From Candidatus Minusculum obligatum (lineage in GTDB: Bacteria > Patescibacteriota > Minisyncoccia > Phycocordibacterales > Phycocordibacteraceae): a stretch of 64,000 nucleotides of DNA. Below, in pieces: positions 27,900-36,418 of this stretch. The stretch is taken from NCBI GenBank assembly GCA_045401155.1, contig CP174360.1:233403-297402 (forward strand). Direction: 5' to 3'. The notes beneath the pieces were generated by a model that saw nothing but the letters and a program-made list of their open reading frames with translations, made no database searches and was not told the origin of the DNA. Both the position numbers and the translations under genes were made by a program. The first letter of the stretch is position 1, and each line of letters begins with the position of its first letter.

Positions 27900-28619
27900 A
27901 TGCTTGTTACTCCAGCAATACTTCCAAAAAGCTTTGCAGAATTAAGTGAAAAGATCACGCAAATACGCCCATTTGTAAAAAATGTGCAGCTTGATGTGTG
28001 TGATGGGAAGTATGTAGACACAATGACGTGGCCGTATACAGAAGCCGGTCCTTCTGTTGAGGAAATGAAAAGAAGAGGTGAGGTGTTGCCCGAGGCAGAC
28101 ACGATTCACTATGGTGTTGATCTTATGGTTTCGAACCCAGATGAGGTGATCGGTGATTTTATTGCTCTCGGTGCTACGCGAGTCATCATTCATTTCAAGA
28201 GCACTAAGGATTTTAAAAAAACGATTGATCGCATCACTCGTGACTTTGGATACGATAAAGAATTTGCACCAGATCTTCTTTCCGTTGGTATGGCGGTGCC
28301 AATTGACTTGCCACTTACAGAATTTGCACCGTACGTGCAGCATGTAGATTTCATTCAGTTTATGGGGATTGTAGATATTGGAAGACAGGGACAGGGATTT
28401 GATCCTCGTGTGGTCGCAAAGATAAAAGATTTCCATAAGCGATATCCTGACGTAACAATTCAAGTAGATGGTGGCATCTCGCTTGAAACGGCACCTGCAC
28501 TGTTGGGGGCAGGTGCAGATAGATTAGCTGTGGGTTCTGCACTATTTAAAACACCAAACATAGGTCATACTATAAAAGAGTTTGAGAAGCTCTCAGAGCA
28601 ATATGGTATTTACGAATAA
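27900..28619 (+). CDS. rpe: Ribulose-phosphate 3-epimerase family protein
   Basis: 'VQLDVCDGKYV', 'DLMVSNP', 'IHFKS' and 'IQVDGGIS' are characteristic RPE TIM-barrel motifs. Confidence 0.88.
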   Translation: MLVTPAILPKSFAELSEKITQIRPFVKNVQLDVCDGKYVDTMTWPYTEAGPSVEEMKRRGEVLPEADTIHYGVDLMVSNPDEVIGDFIALGATRVIIHFKSTKDFKKTIDRITRDFGYDKEFAPDLLSVGMAVPIDLPLTEFAPYVQHVDFIQFMGIVDIGRQGQGFDPRVVAKIKDFHKRYPDVTIQVDGGISLETAPALLGAGADRLAVGSALFKTPNIGHTIKEFEKLSEQYGIYE

Positions 28620-29070
28620 CAAAGGGTTTACACTTATTGAATTGCTTGTGGTGGTTGCCATCATCGGCATGCTTTCTTCCGTTGTTTTAAGTTCTTTAAA
28701 TCAGGCACGAGCAAATTCTCGAGATGCTCGACGTACAGGTGATATACATTCTATACGTACTGCACTTGAGCTTTTTTATAATGCTTATAACAGGTATCCA
28801 TCATCTGCAGATGGTAATTGTGTTTATAATAACAGCTTTGCTTCAGGTGGGTGTTTACAAGTGCTTGTTTCAAACGGTTTTATTCAAGCTTTGCCAGAAG
28901 ATCCTGTCGGAACACAAACGTACTACTACGATAATTGGTGTCGAGAGATCGGTTCAAATAATCAGAATTTTCGTGTATGGGCAAATGGAGAAACAGACAA
29001 CAATGGTCTTGCTGAAAATTGGTGGTATGAGGAAACAATTGGTGAGACAACGTGTTATGACCCGAGTTAA
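28603..29070 (+). CDS. Type IV pilin-like protein (prepilin-type N-terminal domain)
   Basis: 'MVFTNNKG|FTLIELLVVVAIIGMLSSVVLSSLNQARA'. The start at ATG 28603 overlaps the rpe 3' end by 17 nt. Confidence 0.8.
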   Translation: MVFTNNKGFTLIELLVVVAIIGMLSSVVLSSLNQARANSRDARRTGDIHSIRTALELFYNAYNRYPSSADGNCVYNNSFASGGCLQVLVSNGFIQALPEDPVGTQTYYYDNWCREIGSNNQNFRVWANGETDNNGLAENWWYEETIGETTCYDPS

Positions 29071-29174
29071 TCACTCTGAGCACATGCTACAATTTTTCTA
29101 ATGCGTAATAGGAGCATGGGTGCAGATAATAAATTTCTTGTACATAATTTGATGGGTACTCGCTGCTGGTAAAT

Positions 29175-30008
29175 ATGATTTCAGAAAAACAAATACAAAT
29201 TATAAAAGATAGAGCTCAAGATATTCGTGAAAGCATTATTGAGATGCTTGTTGAAGCCAAAAGTGGTCATACTGCAGGGCCACTTGGTATGGCAGATATC
29301 TTTGCTACATTCTATTTTCATATTTTAAAGCATGATCCCAAGAGGCCTGATTGGGAGGAGCGTGATCGTCTTATTCTTTCAAACGGGCACATTGTGCCAG
29401 TTCGCTATGCAACGATGGCGCACGCAGGATATTTCCCAGTAAAGGAGATCATGACGCTTCGTAAATTTGGAAGTCGTCTGCAGGGGCATCCAGAGCCAGA
29501 GCGATTGCCTGGGCTTGAAAGCACCTCAGGACCTCTTGGAAGTGGTCTCTCTCAAGCTTCCGGTATTGCGTATGCAAATAAGATGGATGGGAAGGAGAAT
29601 TATACATACTGCTTCCTTTCAGATGGGGAGCTGCAAGCAGGCAATACATGGGAGGCGGCAATGTTTGCGGGGAACAATAAACTAAATCGTTTGATTTGTG
29701 TTGTAGATCGCAACTTTATTCAAATTAATGGGAATACTCAGGATGTGATGCCGCTTGAGCCACTTGCTGATAAGTTCCGATCGTTTAATTTCCACGTTAT
29801 TGATATAGACGGTCATGATATTGAGGCAATTATTGCTGCGGTTGAAGAGGGGAAAGCTCAAGCGGATAAGCCAACAATGATTTTGGCAAAAACAATTCCA
29901 GGCAAAGGAGTTCCTGAGATTGAGGGAAATTATATTTGGCACGGGAAGCCACCAACTCCTGAGGAAGCAGAGCGATTTCTAGAAGCAATACGCGGATACT
30001 ATGATTAA
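29175..30008 (+). CDS. tkt: Transketolase, N-terminal (TPP-binding) subunit
   Basis: 'GHTAGPLGMADIFATFYFHIL', 'DRLILSNGH' and 'GSRLQGHPE' are present. The gene is split, with the C-terminal subunit encoded immediately downstream (an 8-nt overlap). Confidence 0.9.
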   Translation: MISEKQIQIIKDRAQDIRESIIEMLVEAKSGHTAGPLGMADIFATFYFHILKHDPKRPDWEERDRLILSNGHIVPVRYATMAHAGYFPVKEIMTLRKFGSRLQGHPEPERLPGLESTSGPLGSGLSQASGIAYANKMDGKENYTYCFLSDGELQAGNTWEAAMFAGNNKLNRLICVVDRNFIQINGNTQDVMPLEPLADKFRSFNFHVIDIDGHDIEAIIAAVEEGKAQADKPTMILAKTIPGKGVPEIEGNYIWHGKPPTPEEAERFLEAIRGYYD

Positions 30009-31002
30009 TAAGAATGCACATATACATGAAGATGTTTTTACTCCTGAGAAGTTAGAGCAGGGTTCTACTCGCGATGGGTATGGAAAGGGTGTTGTAGAGG
30101 CTGGAGAGGAGGATGTAAACATATGTGTGCTTTGTGCAGATCTTATGGAAAGCACGCGCTCACATTGGTTTTATGAAAAGTTTCCTGAGCGATACATAGA
30201 GCTTGGGGTGGCTGAGCAAAACTTAGCAGCTCTTGGTGCGGGACTGGCTCTTGGCGGAAAGGTTCCATTTATTGCCTCATATGCTGCATTTTCTCCAGGG
30301 CGAAATAATGAGCAGATACGCACACTTATTTCATTGCAAGGCACAAATGTAAAAGTGTGCGGTATGCATGCGGGGGTTTCTGTAGGGCCAGATGGCGCAA
30401 CACATCAAGCGCTTGAAGATGTTGCGCTTATGCGTACACAGCCAAACATGACAGTTATTGTTCCTGCAGATGTAGAAGAAGCTCGTAAGGCAACTATTGC
30501 TGCAGCAAAGTATAAGGGGCCAGTGTACCTCCGTTTTGGACGAAGTAAGTTTCCTATCTACACTACAAAAGATACGCCGTTTGAAATTGGGAAAGCATAC
30601 CGTGTTTGGGAGAGTGAGAATCCAAAGGTTGGTATTGTCGCAGCAGGAGGACTGCTTCACAATGCGCTTCTTGCTGCAAAGAAATTAGATGAAGCTGGTA
30701 TTGGAAGTATTGTGCTTAATTTACACACCATAAAACCACTTGATGGAAAGGCACTTCTTGCGCTTTCTGAAGAGGTAGGTGCGATTGTTACTGTTGAGGA
30801 GCATCAAGTTGCCGGAGGGATGGGGTCTGCTGTTGTAGAGTACCTCTCTCAAGTTAAACCGATGCCGTTTGAGTTTGTCGGCGTGCGGGATCAGTATGGT
30901 CAGTCAGGTAATCCTGATGAATTAATAGAGCACTATGGTATGGGCGTATCTCATATCGAGCGTGCGGTTCATAAAGCAATTGATCGTGTTAAGGCTATTT
31001 AA
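30001..31002 (+). CDS. tkt: Transketolase, C-terminal (pyrimidine-binding) subunit
   Basis: 'ELGVAEQNLAALGAGLALGGKVPFIASYAAF' and 'GPDGATHQALEDVALMRTQPNMTV' are present. Confidence 0.9.
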   Translation: MINKNAHIHEDVFTPEKLEQGSTRDGYGKGVVEAGEEDVNICVLCADLMESTRSHWFYEKFPERYIELGVAEQNLAALGAGLALGGKVPFIASYAAFSPGRNNEQIRTLISLQGTNVKVCGMHAGVSVGPDGATHQALEDVALMRTQPNMTVIVPADVEEARKATIAAAKYKGPVYLRFGRSKFPIYTTKDTPFEIGKAYRVWESENPKVGIVAAGGLLHNALLAAKKLDEAGIGSIVLNLHTIKPLDGKALLALSEEVGAIVTVEEHQVAGGMGSAVVEYLSQVKPMPFEFVGVRDQYGQSGNPDELIEHYGMGVSHIERAVHKAIDRVKAI

Positions 31003-31145
31003 AAACAAGTGGTTCATTATTATTTTATTCTTTGCGTTTGCAATTTTTGCTATTACAGTAATTGCGCAATCAAGTGGAGACCATGACTTTCTTTATCATG
31101 ACGAAGAAGGGGATATATTTGATGTAATAGATACACTTGAGTAAT

Positions 31146-31172
31146 AAAAAGCCCTCAGTTGAGGGCTTTTTA
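31146..31172. terminator. Bidirectional rho-independent terminator between convergent genes
   Basis: AAAAAGCCCTC-agtt-GAGGGCTTTTT with A/T runs on both sides, lying between the tkt (+) stop and the PfkB kinase (-) stop. Confidence 0.6.
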
Positions 31173-32162
31173 TTATAGTTCTTGTACTTTGTAATCCTCT
31201 GGAGCGTTTTCGAGGTGATCGAGTAGCTTGCCTCGTGTAAGGAGTCCTTTTTGTGCTCCCATGTATTGCACTACAGACATTGAGTTAATTGGCCCCCAAA
31301 GAAGCGCGTGTTCAAGTGGTTCACCAAGTGCTAGCGCTGCGGTTACGGTTGAAGAGAAAGCGTCTCCCGCGCCGGTTCTATCTACAGGTTTTTTGGGATC
31401 TGGGTACATTGGCGCAAAGAGAAACCTGTTTCCATCATAGCTATATGCGCCATTTGGGCCGTCGGTGATGATTGGCACCTTTGGTCCTTTCTTCTTCATC
31501 ATCTTAAGAAGTTCTTTGATGTCAAGTTCGTCAGTTTTTAGAATTCGTTGCGCCTCTTGTTTGTTACAGAAGAATAGATATGAGGCTTGGTATAGATCTT
31601 TTAGTTCTTCATACCCCTGGTTTATCTGGAATGTGCCCGGTTGGAATGCAAGACGGATATCAGGGTGCCTTTTTACATAGTCTGCAATTTCATGTTGAAA
31701 AGGAAGAGAGTTCTCAGCAAGGCTTGAAAGGTACATGTACTTAGGAGGTGCCATTTGAGGAAGTTTGTAATCATATTCGTAGTGTTTTACGAGAATAGTT
31801 CGCTCTGCGTTATAGCTAAGTACGTAGTGGTAGTTACTTCCCATACCTGCCTGGCGTGTAAGGTATGTAAGATCAATACCTTCTTTTGTAAACGCATCTT
31901 CAATCTCATCTCCAAACTTATCGTCTCCAATCCAGGCCATAATGCCACTATTAAGTCCTAGGCGATGTGCAGATACGGTTGCATTTGCAGCGTTTCCTAC
32001 GGCAGGCACTACCGTCACGCCATCAAAAGGGATTTTATCTCCCCAGTTCATTGAAATCTTGCAATTATCTTTATCTATATCGCAGGTAATTTCAGGGTTG
32101 TGTAATTGGATAAAGGCATCAATTACGGGGTCTCCAATTCCTAAGAAGTCTAGTTTTTTCAT
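31173..32162 (-). CDS. Carbohydrate/nucleoside kinase, PfkB (ribokinase) family
   Basis: The C-terminal 'DRTGAGDAFSSTVTAALALG' is the PfkB signature 2. The N-terminal 'MKKLDFLGIGDPVIDAF' gives the likely start at 32162; an alternative upstream ATG is at 32195. Confidence 0.8.
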   Translation of the reverse strand: MKKLDFLGIGDPVIDAFIQLHNPEITCDIDKDNCKISMNWGDKIPFDGVTVVPAVGNAANATVSAHRLGLNSGIMAWIGDDKFGDEIEDAFTKEGIDLTYLTRQAGMGSNYHYVLSYNAERTILVKHYEYDYKLPQMAPPKYMYLSSLAENSLPFQHEIADYVKRHPDIRLAFQPGTFQINQGYEELKDLYQASYLFFCNKQEAQRILKTDELDIKELLKMMKKKGPKVPIITDGPNGAYSYDGNRFLFAPMYPDPKKPVDRTGAGDAFSSTVTAALALGEPLEHALLWGPINSMSVVQYMGAQKGLLTRGKLLDHLENAPEDYKVQEL

Positions 32163-32208
32163 ATGTCCGTATTGTAACAGGAGAGTGGTGTACACTTACG
32201 CATATATG

Positions 32209-32772
32209 AAAGTTTTTCTTGTAGATAATGGCACAACACTTCTTGAGAAGTTACAGAAACTTATTCCAGGAGAGGAAGAGGTGGTTTGTTTTGACTCGTT
32301 TGATAGTGCTGCCGCACAAGATGCTGATCTTGTAGTGCTCTCAGGTAGTAGTATCGGACCTTTGTATGGAAATGAAGATAAGTACAAAGAAGAGATCGAG
32401 TTTATAAAAAACACAGACAAGCCCATTTTTGGTATTTGTTTTGGATGTGAACTCATCGTGCACGCATTTGGTGGTACGCTAAAAAAACTAGATGAACATG
32501 AGCATGGAGAAGTGTTGGTTTCTGTCGTAGATAATAAAGAACTTTTTTGTGGCAAGGATTCTTTTACAGCATTTGAGAATCATAGATGGGGTATAGATGT
32601 TTTGCCTGAAGGATTTAGCACTCTTGCAGAGTCTGAGCATGGTCCAGAAGTGATTGTAGACAGAAAAAGGAATATGTATGGAATTCAGTACCATCCAGAG
32701 AATCAAGTAGAAGAACATGAGGCAGATGAAGTGTTCTTACACATGTTTGAGAGTGTTGTGCGTGGAATCTAA
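32209..32772 (+). CDS. Class I glutamine amidotransferase, stand-alone (possibly GMP synthase GATase subunit-like)
   Basis: 'PIFGICFGCELIVHAFGG' is the Cys nucleophile elbow and 'GIQYHPE' is the His-x-Glu motif. The start is taken at ATG 32209 (MKVFLVDNG), because the longer ORF from 31942 overlaps the divergent kinase gene. Confidence 0.65.
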   Translation, partial: KVFLVDNGTTLLEKLQKLIPGEEEVVCFDSFDSAAAQDADLVVLSGSSIGPLYGNEDKYKEEIEFIKNTDKPIFGICFGCELIVHAFGGTLKKLDEHEHGEVLVSVVDNKELFCGKDSFTAFENHRWGIDVLPEGFSTLAESEHGPEVIVDRKRNMYGIQYHPENQVEEHEADEVFLHMFESVVRGI

Positions 32773-32808
32773 AATTGTACGGTTAGAGTGCGTGCTAGAG
32801 TAGAGGTA

Positions 32809-33831
32809 ATGAAAAATCTAAAAGATGTTGCCGCAGCACTTGTTGCGCCCGGAAAGGGTATTTTGGCTGCAGATGAAAGTACAAAATCTGCAAATAAAAG
32901 ATTGCGTAGCGTTGGTATTGCAGAGACACCAGAGATGCGTCGTGTGTATCGAGAGGTGTTTCTAACTGCTCCGCAAGTAGAAAAGTATCTTTCGGGAGTA
33001 ATTTTATATGAAGAAACGTTTAATGATCATACTCGATCAGGTGTTTCTTTCATTGATCTTTTAAATCAAAAAGGAATTTTGGTTGGTATTAAGGTAGACC
33101 AAGGAACAGCTCCATTTGGAAAGGACGAGCTTACAACAGATGGGCTAGAAGGTCTTCCTGGAAGACTAAAGGGATATAAAGAAAAGGGCGCGCATTTTGC
33201 AAAGTGGCGTGCAGTAATTGAGATTAAAGGGGATGAGCTTCCAACTGCTGCAGCCCTTAAAGAAAACGCAGGACGTCTTGCACAGTATGCAAAAGATTGT
33301 CAGGAAGCAGGTATTGTTCCAATTCTTGAACCAGAAGTTTTACTTCAAGGAAATCATACTCGAGCACGAGCGTGTGAAGTAATAACAGAGACACTGCAGG
33401 CTGTATTTAAGGAGGTTGTGGCGCTTGGCGTTGACCCTGAGGCTCTCATTATCAAATCATCTATGGCAGTTTCTGGTTCTGAATCTCATTGTAAAGACCG
33501 ACCACATGATGTGGCAGAAGATACACTTGCTGCTTTTCACGACTCTGTTCCAGAAGAGGTGCCCGGAATCGTATTTCTTTCAGGTGGACAGTCTGCTGCT
33601 CAGGCCACAGAAAATTTACAAGCAATAGCATCTAGAAAAGAAACAATGTGGCAGCTTACATTTTCATACGCTAGAGCCCTTCAGGGAGAAGCGCTTCAGG
33701 CTTGGGCAGGAAAAGATGAGAATATTCCACGTGCTCAGCAAATCTTCTTAAAGAGATTAGAGCTTGTGGCGCTTGCAAGAGATGGGCGATACAAGGAGGA
33801 AATGGAGGACGAACTATCTGAAATTTTGTAA
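32809..33831 (+). CDS. fba: Fructose-bisphosphate aldolase, class I
   Basis: 'GKGILAADES', the Schiff-base Lys region 'IKSSMAVSG...' and 'ARALQGEAL' are present, and the length fits class I FBA. A GAGG lies 4 nt before ATG 32809; the ORF also opens at 32788. Confidence 0.88.
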   Translation: MKNLKDVAAALVAPGKGILAADESTKSANKRLRSVGIAETPEMRRVYREVFLTAPQVEKYLSGVILYEETFNDHTRSGVSFIDLLNQKGILVGIKVDQGTAPFGKDELTTDGLEGLPGRLKGYKEKGAHFAKWRAVIEIKGDELPTAAALKENAGRLAQYAKDCQEAGIVPILEPEVLLQGNHTRARACEVITETLQAVFKEVVALGVDPEALIIKSSMAVSGSESHCKDRPHDVAEDTLAAFHDSVPEEVPGIVFLSGGQSAAQATENLQAIASRKETMWQLTFSYARALQGEALQAWAGKDENIPRAQQIFLKRLELVALARDGRYKEEMEDELSEIL

Positions 33832-33833
33832 GT

Positions 33834-34796
33834 ATGGGAATCGTATACGTTACAAGGCATATACCAGAAGTTGGTATTGATCTGTTAAAAGATGCGGGGC
33901 ATGAAGTTATCGTCTCAAAAAAAGACGGGGTTCTTGAAAAAGGTGAGTTATTAAAAGAACTTTCTTCTCGACCGTTTGATGCGGTGCTTTGTCTGCTTAC
34001 AGACGCAATTGATGCAGAGGTTTTTGACACGGTTCCTTCTGCAAAGGTTTTTTCTAATTATGCGGTTGGTTTCAATAATATAGATATAGATGAGGCAAAG
34101 AAGCGGGGTATTACGGTTACAAATACTCCAGGAGTGTTAAGTGATACTGTCGCTGAATACACATTTTCTCTTATGCTTTCACTACTACATCGTATTCCTG
34201 AGGGAGATCGTTTTGTGCGTAGAGGCAAATATGAAGGGTGGGCACCAGAGCTTTTACTAGGGGATGATATTAAAGGGAAGGTAATTGGTATCTTGGGCGC
34301 AGGTCGTATTGGCTCTTCTGTTGCAAAGTGCGCAGCATGTTTTGGGGCCTCAGTTATATATAACGATGTAGTAAGGAATAATGCTTTTGAAAAGGAAACA
34401 GGTGCAGTGTTTAAGGATATAGATGATGTGTTTAAAGAGGCAGATATTGTGTCTGTACATGTGCCGCTCCTAGATAGTACGCACCACTTTGTCTCAAAAG
34501 AAAGGTTAGAGATGATGAAGAAAGATGCGTATCTTATAAATACATCACGGGGAGCTGTTGTTGATGAGCGCGCACTTATTGATCACCTTAGAGCAAAAAA
34601 GATTAAAGGTGCGGCTATAGATGTGTTTGAGTATGAGCCTAAACTTACGCCCGGAGCAGTTGAGTTAGATAATCTTATTGTTACGCCACATATTGCTTCT
34701 GCAACACATAAGGTTCGGGAAGAAATGGCAATCCTTGCAGCAGAAAATGTTATCAACTTCTTAAAGGGAAAGGTTCCCAAACATGTAGTATCGTAA
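33834..34796 (+). CDS. D-isomer-specific 2-hydroxyacid dehydrogenase (glycerate/hydroxypyruvate/phosphoglycerate dehydrogenase-like)
   Basis: 'GILGAGRIGSSVAKCA' is the NAD-binding GxGxxG motif, and 'VHVPLLDSTHHFV' and 'INTSRGAVVDE' are family motifs. Confidence 0.85.
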   Translation: MGIVYVTRHIPEVGIDLLKDAGHEVIVSKKDGVLEKGELLKELSSRPFDAVLCLLTDAIDAEVFDTVPSAKVFSNYAVGFNNIDIDEAKKRGITVTNTPGVLSDTVAEYTFSLMLSLLHRIPEGDRFVRRGKYEGWAPELLLGDDIKGKVIGILGAGRIGSSVAKCAACFGASVIYNDVVRNNAFEKETGAVFKDIDDVFKEADIVSVHVPLLDSTHHFVSKERLEMMKKDAYLINTSRGAVVDERALIDHLRAKKIKGAAIDVFEYEPKLTPGAVELDNLIVTPHIASATHKVREEMAILAAENVINFLKGKVPKHVVS

Positions 34797-34802
34797 AAGT
34801 AT

Positions 34803-35030
34803 ATGAACAACGTTCAATTTGATGATCAGCAACAGTTTCGTACTGTGCAAAAGAAAAAGGGCTTGACCCAAATGGTTATTAATATGGGGCTCGCAAAGGA
34901 TGAGAAGGGTGCGCAGGTAGTGCTTCTTATTGTGGGGGTGGTTGCGCTTGCAGTCATGTTCTTCTTTATGTTTTCAGGAGGAGGCGCACCTGCTCCAGCT
35001 GAGCTTCCAGATCCAAATGTAGGTCTATAG
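34803..35030 (+). CDS. Small single-TM protein, pilin-associated family (paralog of 60129-60368)
   Basis: 'MNNVQFDDQQQFRTVQKKKGLTQMVINMGLAKDEKGAQVVLLIVGVVALAVMFFFMF' then a short Gly/Pro tail. It ends 4 nt before a pilin gene. The N-terminal 45 aa are about 80% identical to ORF 60129. Confidence 0.55.
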   Translation: MNNVQFDDQQQFRTVQKKKGLTQMVINMGLAKDEKGAQVVLLIVGVVALAVMFFFMFSGGGAPAPAELPDPNVGL

Positions 35031-35033
35031 ATT

Positions 35034-35534
35034 GTGAGAAAAGGATTTACACTTATTGAACTTCTTGTAGTAGTAGCCATTATTGGCATGCTTTCTTCAG
35101 TGGTACTGTCGTCACTTAATACTGCACGCGCAAATACCCGTGACGCAAGACGCTATGCTGATCTACGCCAAATAGCAAACGCCCTTGAGTTGTATTATCA
35201 AGCAAATGGTCGCTATCCGATACAGACAACGTGGAGAGGGACAACTCCCGGATGTTATGGGACAGGAAGTGATCCAAATACGTCTATTCCAGGTCTTGTA
35301 CCAACATATATACCAGTCATACCACAAGATCCTCGGTGGGTGCCAAACTCGTATTGCTATCTGTATGTTTCGTATGCTCCTTACCAAGACTATAAACTGC
35401 TTGCGTACGGCACAGTTGAGGGTGGTCAGGTACCGGTAAGTGACCCTAAGTCACGGTATGCGGGGTGCTCATCTGGTGGCGCCGCCGAAGCATCCTACGG
35501 GATTGCGTCAAGCCCAACATCAGCCTGTTGGTAG
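35034..35534 (+). CDS. Type IV pilin-like protein (prepilin-type N-terminal domain)
   Basis: GTG start. 'MRKG|FTLIELLVVVAIIGMLSSVVLSSLNTARA'. Confidence 0.85.
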   Translation: MRKGFTLIELLVVVAIIGMLSSVVLSSLNTARANTRDARRYADLRQIANALELYYQANGRYPIQTTWRGTTPGCYGTGSDPNTSIPGLVPTYIPVIPQDPRWVPNSYCYLYVSYAPYQDYKLLAYGTVEGGQVPVSDPKSRYAGCSSGGAAEASYGIASSPTSACW

Positions 35535-35694
35535 CTTTTCATCACTACTCATCAATAGGTACTAAAGCTCTTTGTTATGCTAAAGGCGTATATGATTGTT
35601 GATTGTGCAATTTCAGGAAATGCTGGCAAGGTTTGTTTTTAACGAGTTTAGTCATGATATGTGTTGAAATAACGGCATGCGCCTACGCATAGGC

Positions 35695-35722
35695 TTGCAA
35701 AACATCAATTTATCGCTATACT
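35695..35722 (+). promoter_or_regulatory. Candidate promoter TTGCAA-N16-TATACT upstream of rplY
   Basis: The hexamers are visible at 35695-35700 and 35717-35722. The ATG at 35733 is only about 10 nt downstream, suggesting a short or absent leader. Confidence 0.35.
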
Positions 35723-35732
35723 CCTTCCTATT

Positions 35733-36371
35733 ATGATCAAACTAGAAGCAAGTCCTCGAGAGGCGGGGAAGAATGTGGTTAAAACTCTTCGAGAAGAAGA
35801 GCGTATTCCTGCTGTGGTATATGGGGCAAAGGTAGAGGCTGCACCTATTTCTGTAGGGCGCGCAGACCTTGAGAAGATCCTCCGAGAAGAGGGAGAGACA
35901 GTACTTATTACTCTTACTGGGCTAGGAGAGGATCACGAGGTGCTTATGCACGATATCGAGGTAGATCCTGTAAAGGGATTTGTGTCGCATATTGATTTTT
36001 ATGCAGTAGAGCGAGGAAAAGAAATTGAGGTTACCGTACCGTTTGAGTTTATTGGAGAGAGTGCTGCTGAGAAGGGTGGTGCAAATATTGTTAAGACAAT
36101 GCACGAGCTTGATGTAAAGACTACTCCAGGAAAGATTCCTTCACACATTGAGGTGGATCTTGCAAAGCTTGCTGCAGTTGGAGATCAGATTCTTATTAAA
36201 GACATTACGTTCCCAGAGGGTGTAGCGCCTGTTGCTGAGGAAGATGAGGTGGTTATCTTGGCGCAGGAGCATGTTGAGGAGGCTGAAGAGGAGACAACAG
36301 CAGTTGATATGGACAGTATCGAAGTTGCTCAAAAAGGTAAGGAAGAGCAAGAAGGAGGAGAAGAAGAGTAA
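35733..36371 (+). CDS. rplY: 50S ribosomal protein L25 / general stress protein Ctc form, with acidic C-terminal tail
   Basis: 'KTLREEERIPAVVYG', 'DFYAV' and 'LPFEFIGES' are bL25 Ctc-type signatures. The C-terminus is an E-rich low-complexity tail. Confidence 0.85.
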   Translation: MIKLEASPREAGKNVVKTLREEERIPAVVYGAKVEAAPISVGRADLEKILREEGETVLITLTGLGEDHEVLMHDIEVDPVKGFVSHIDFYAVERGKEIEVTVPFEFIGESAAEKGGANIVKTMHELDVKTTPGKIPSHIEVDLAKLAAVGDQILIKDITFPEGVAPVAEEDEVVILAQEHVEEAEEETTAVDMDSIEVAQKGKEEQEGGEEE

Positions 36372-36375
36372 GGAA

Positions 36376-36403
36376 AAGCCCGGGACAGCACCCGGGCTTT
36401 TGC
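36376..36403 (+). terminator. Rho-independent terminator
   Basis: AAAAGCCCGGG-acagca-CCCGGGCTTTTG immediately after the rplY stop. Confidence 0.6.
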
Positions 36404-36418
36404 TATACTAGGCACTGC

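Noticed and set aside
30935-31144. 69-aa hydrophobic ORF overlapping the 3' end of the transketolase C-terminal subunit.
   Set aside because: It has no in-frame start codon downstream of the tkt stop, so it would have to start inside tkt. It is most likely a spurious frame running into the terminator.
31942-32208. N-terminal 89 codons of ORF 31942-32772.
   Set aside because: It overlaps the divergent PfkB kinase gene on the opposite strand. A GATase1 begins naturally at ATG 32209 (MKVFLVDNG), matching the usual N-terminus of the family.
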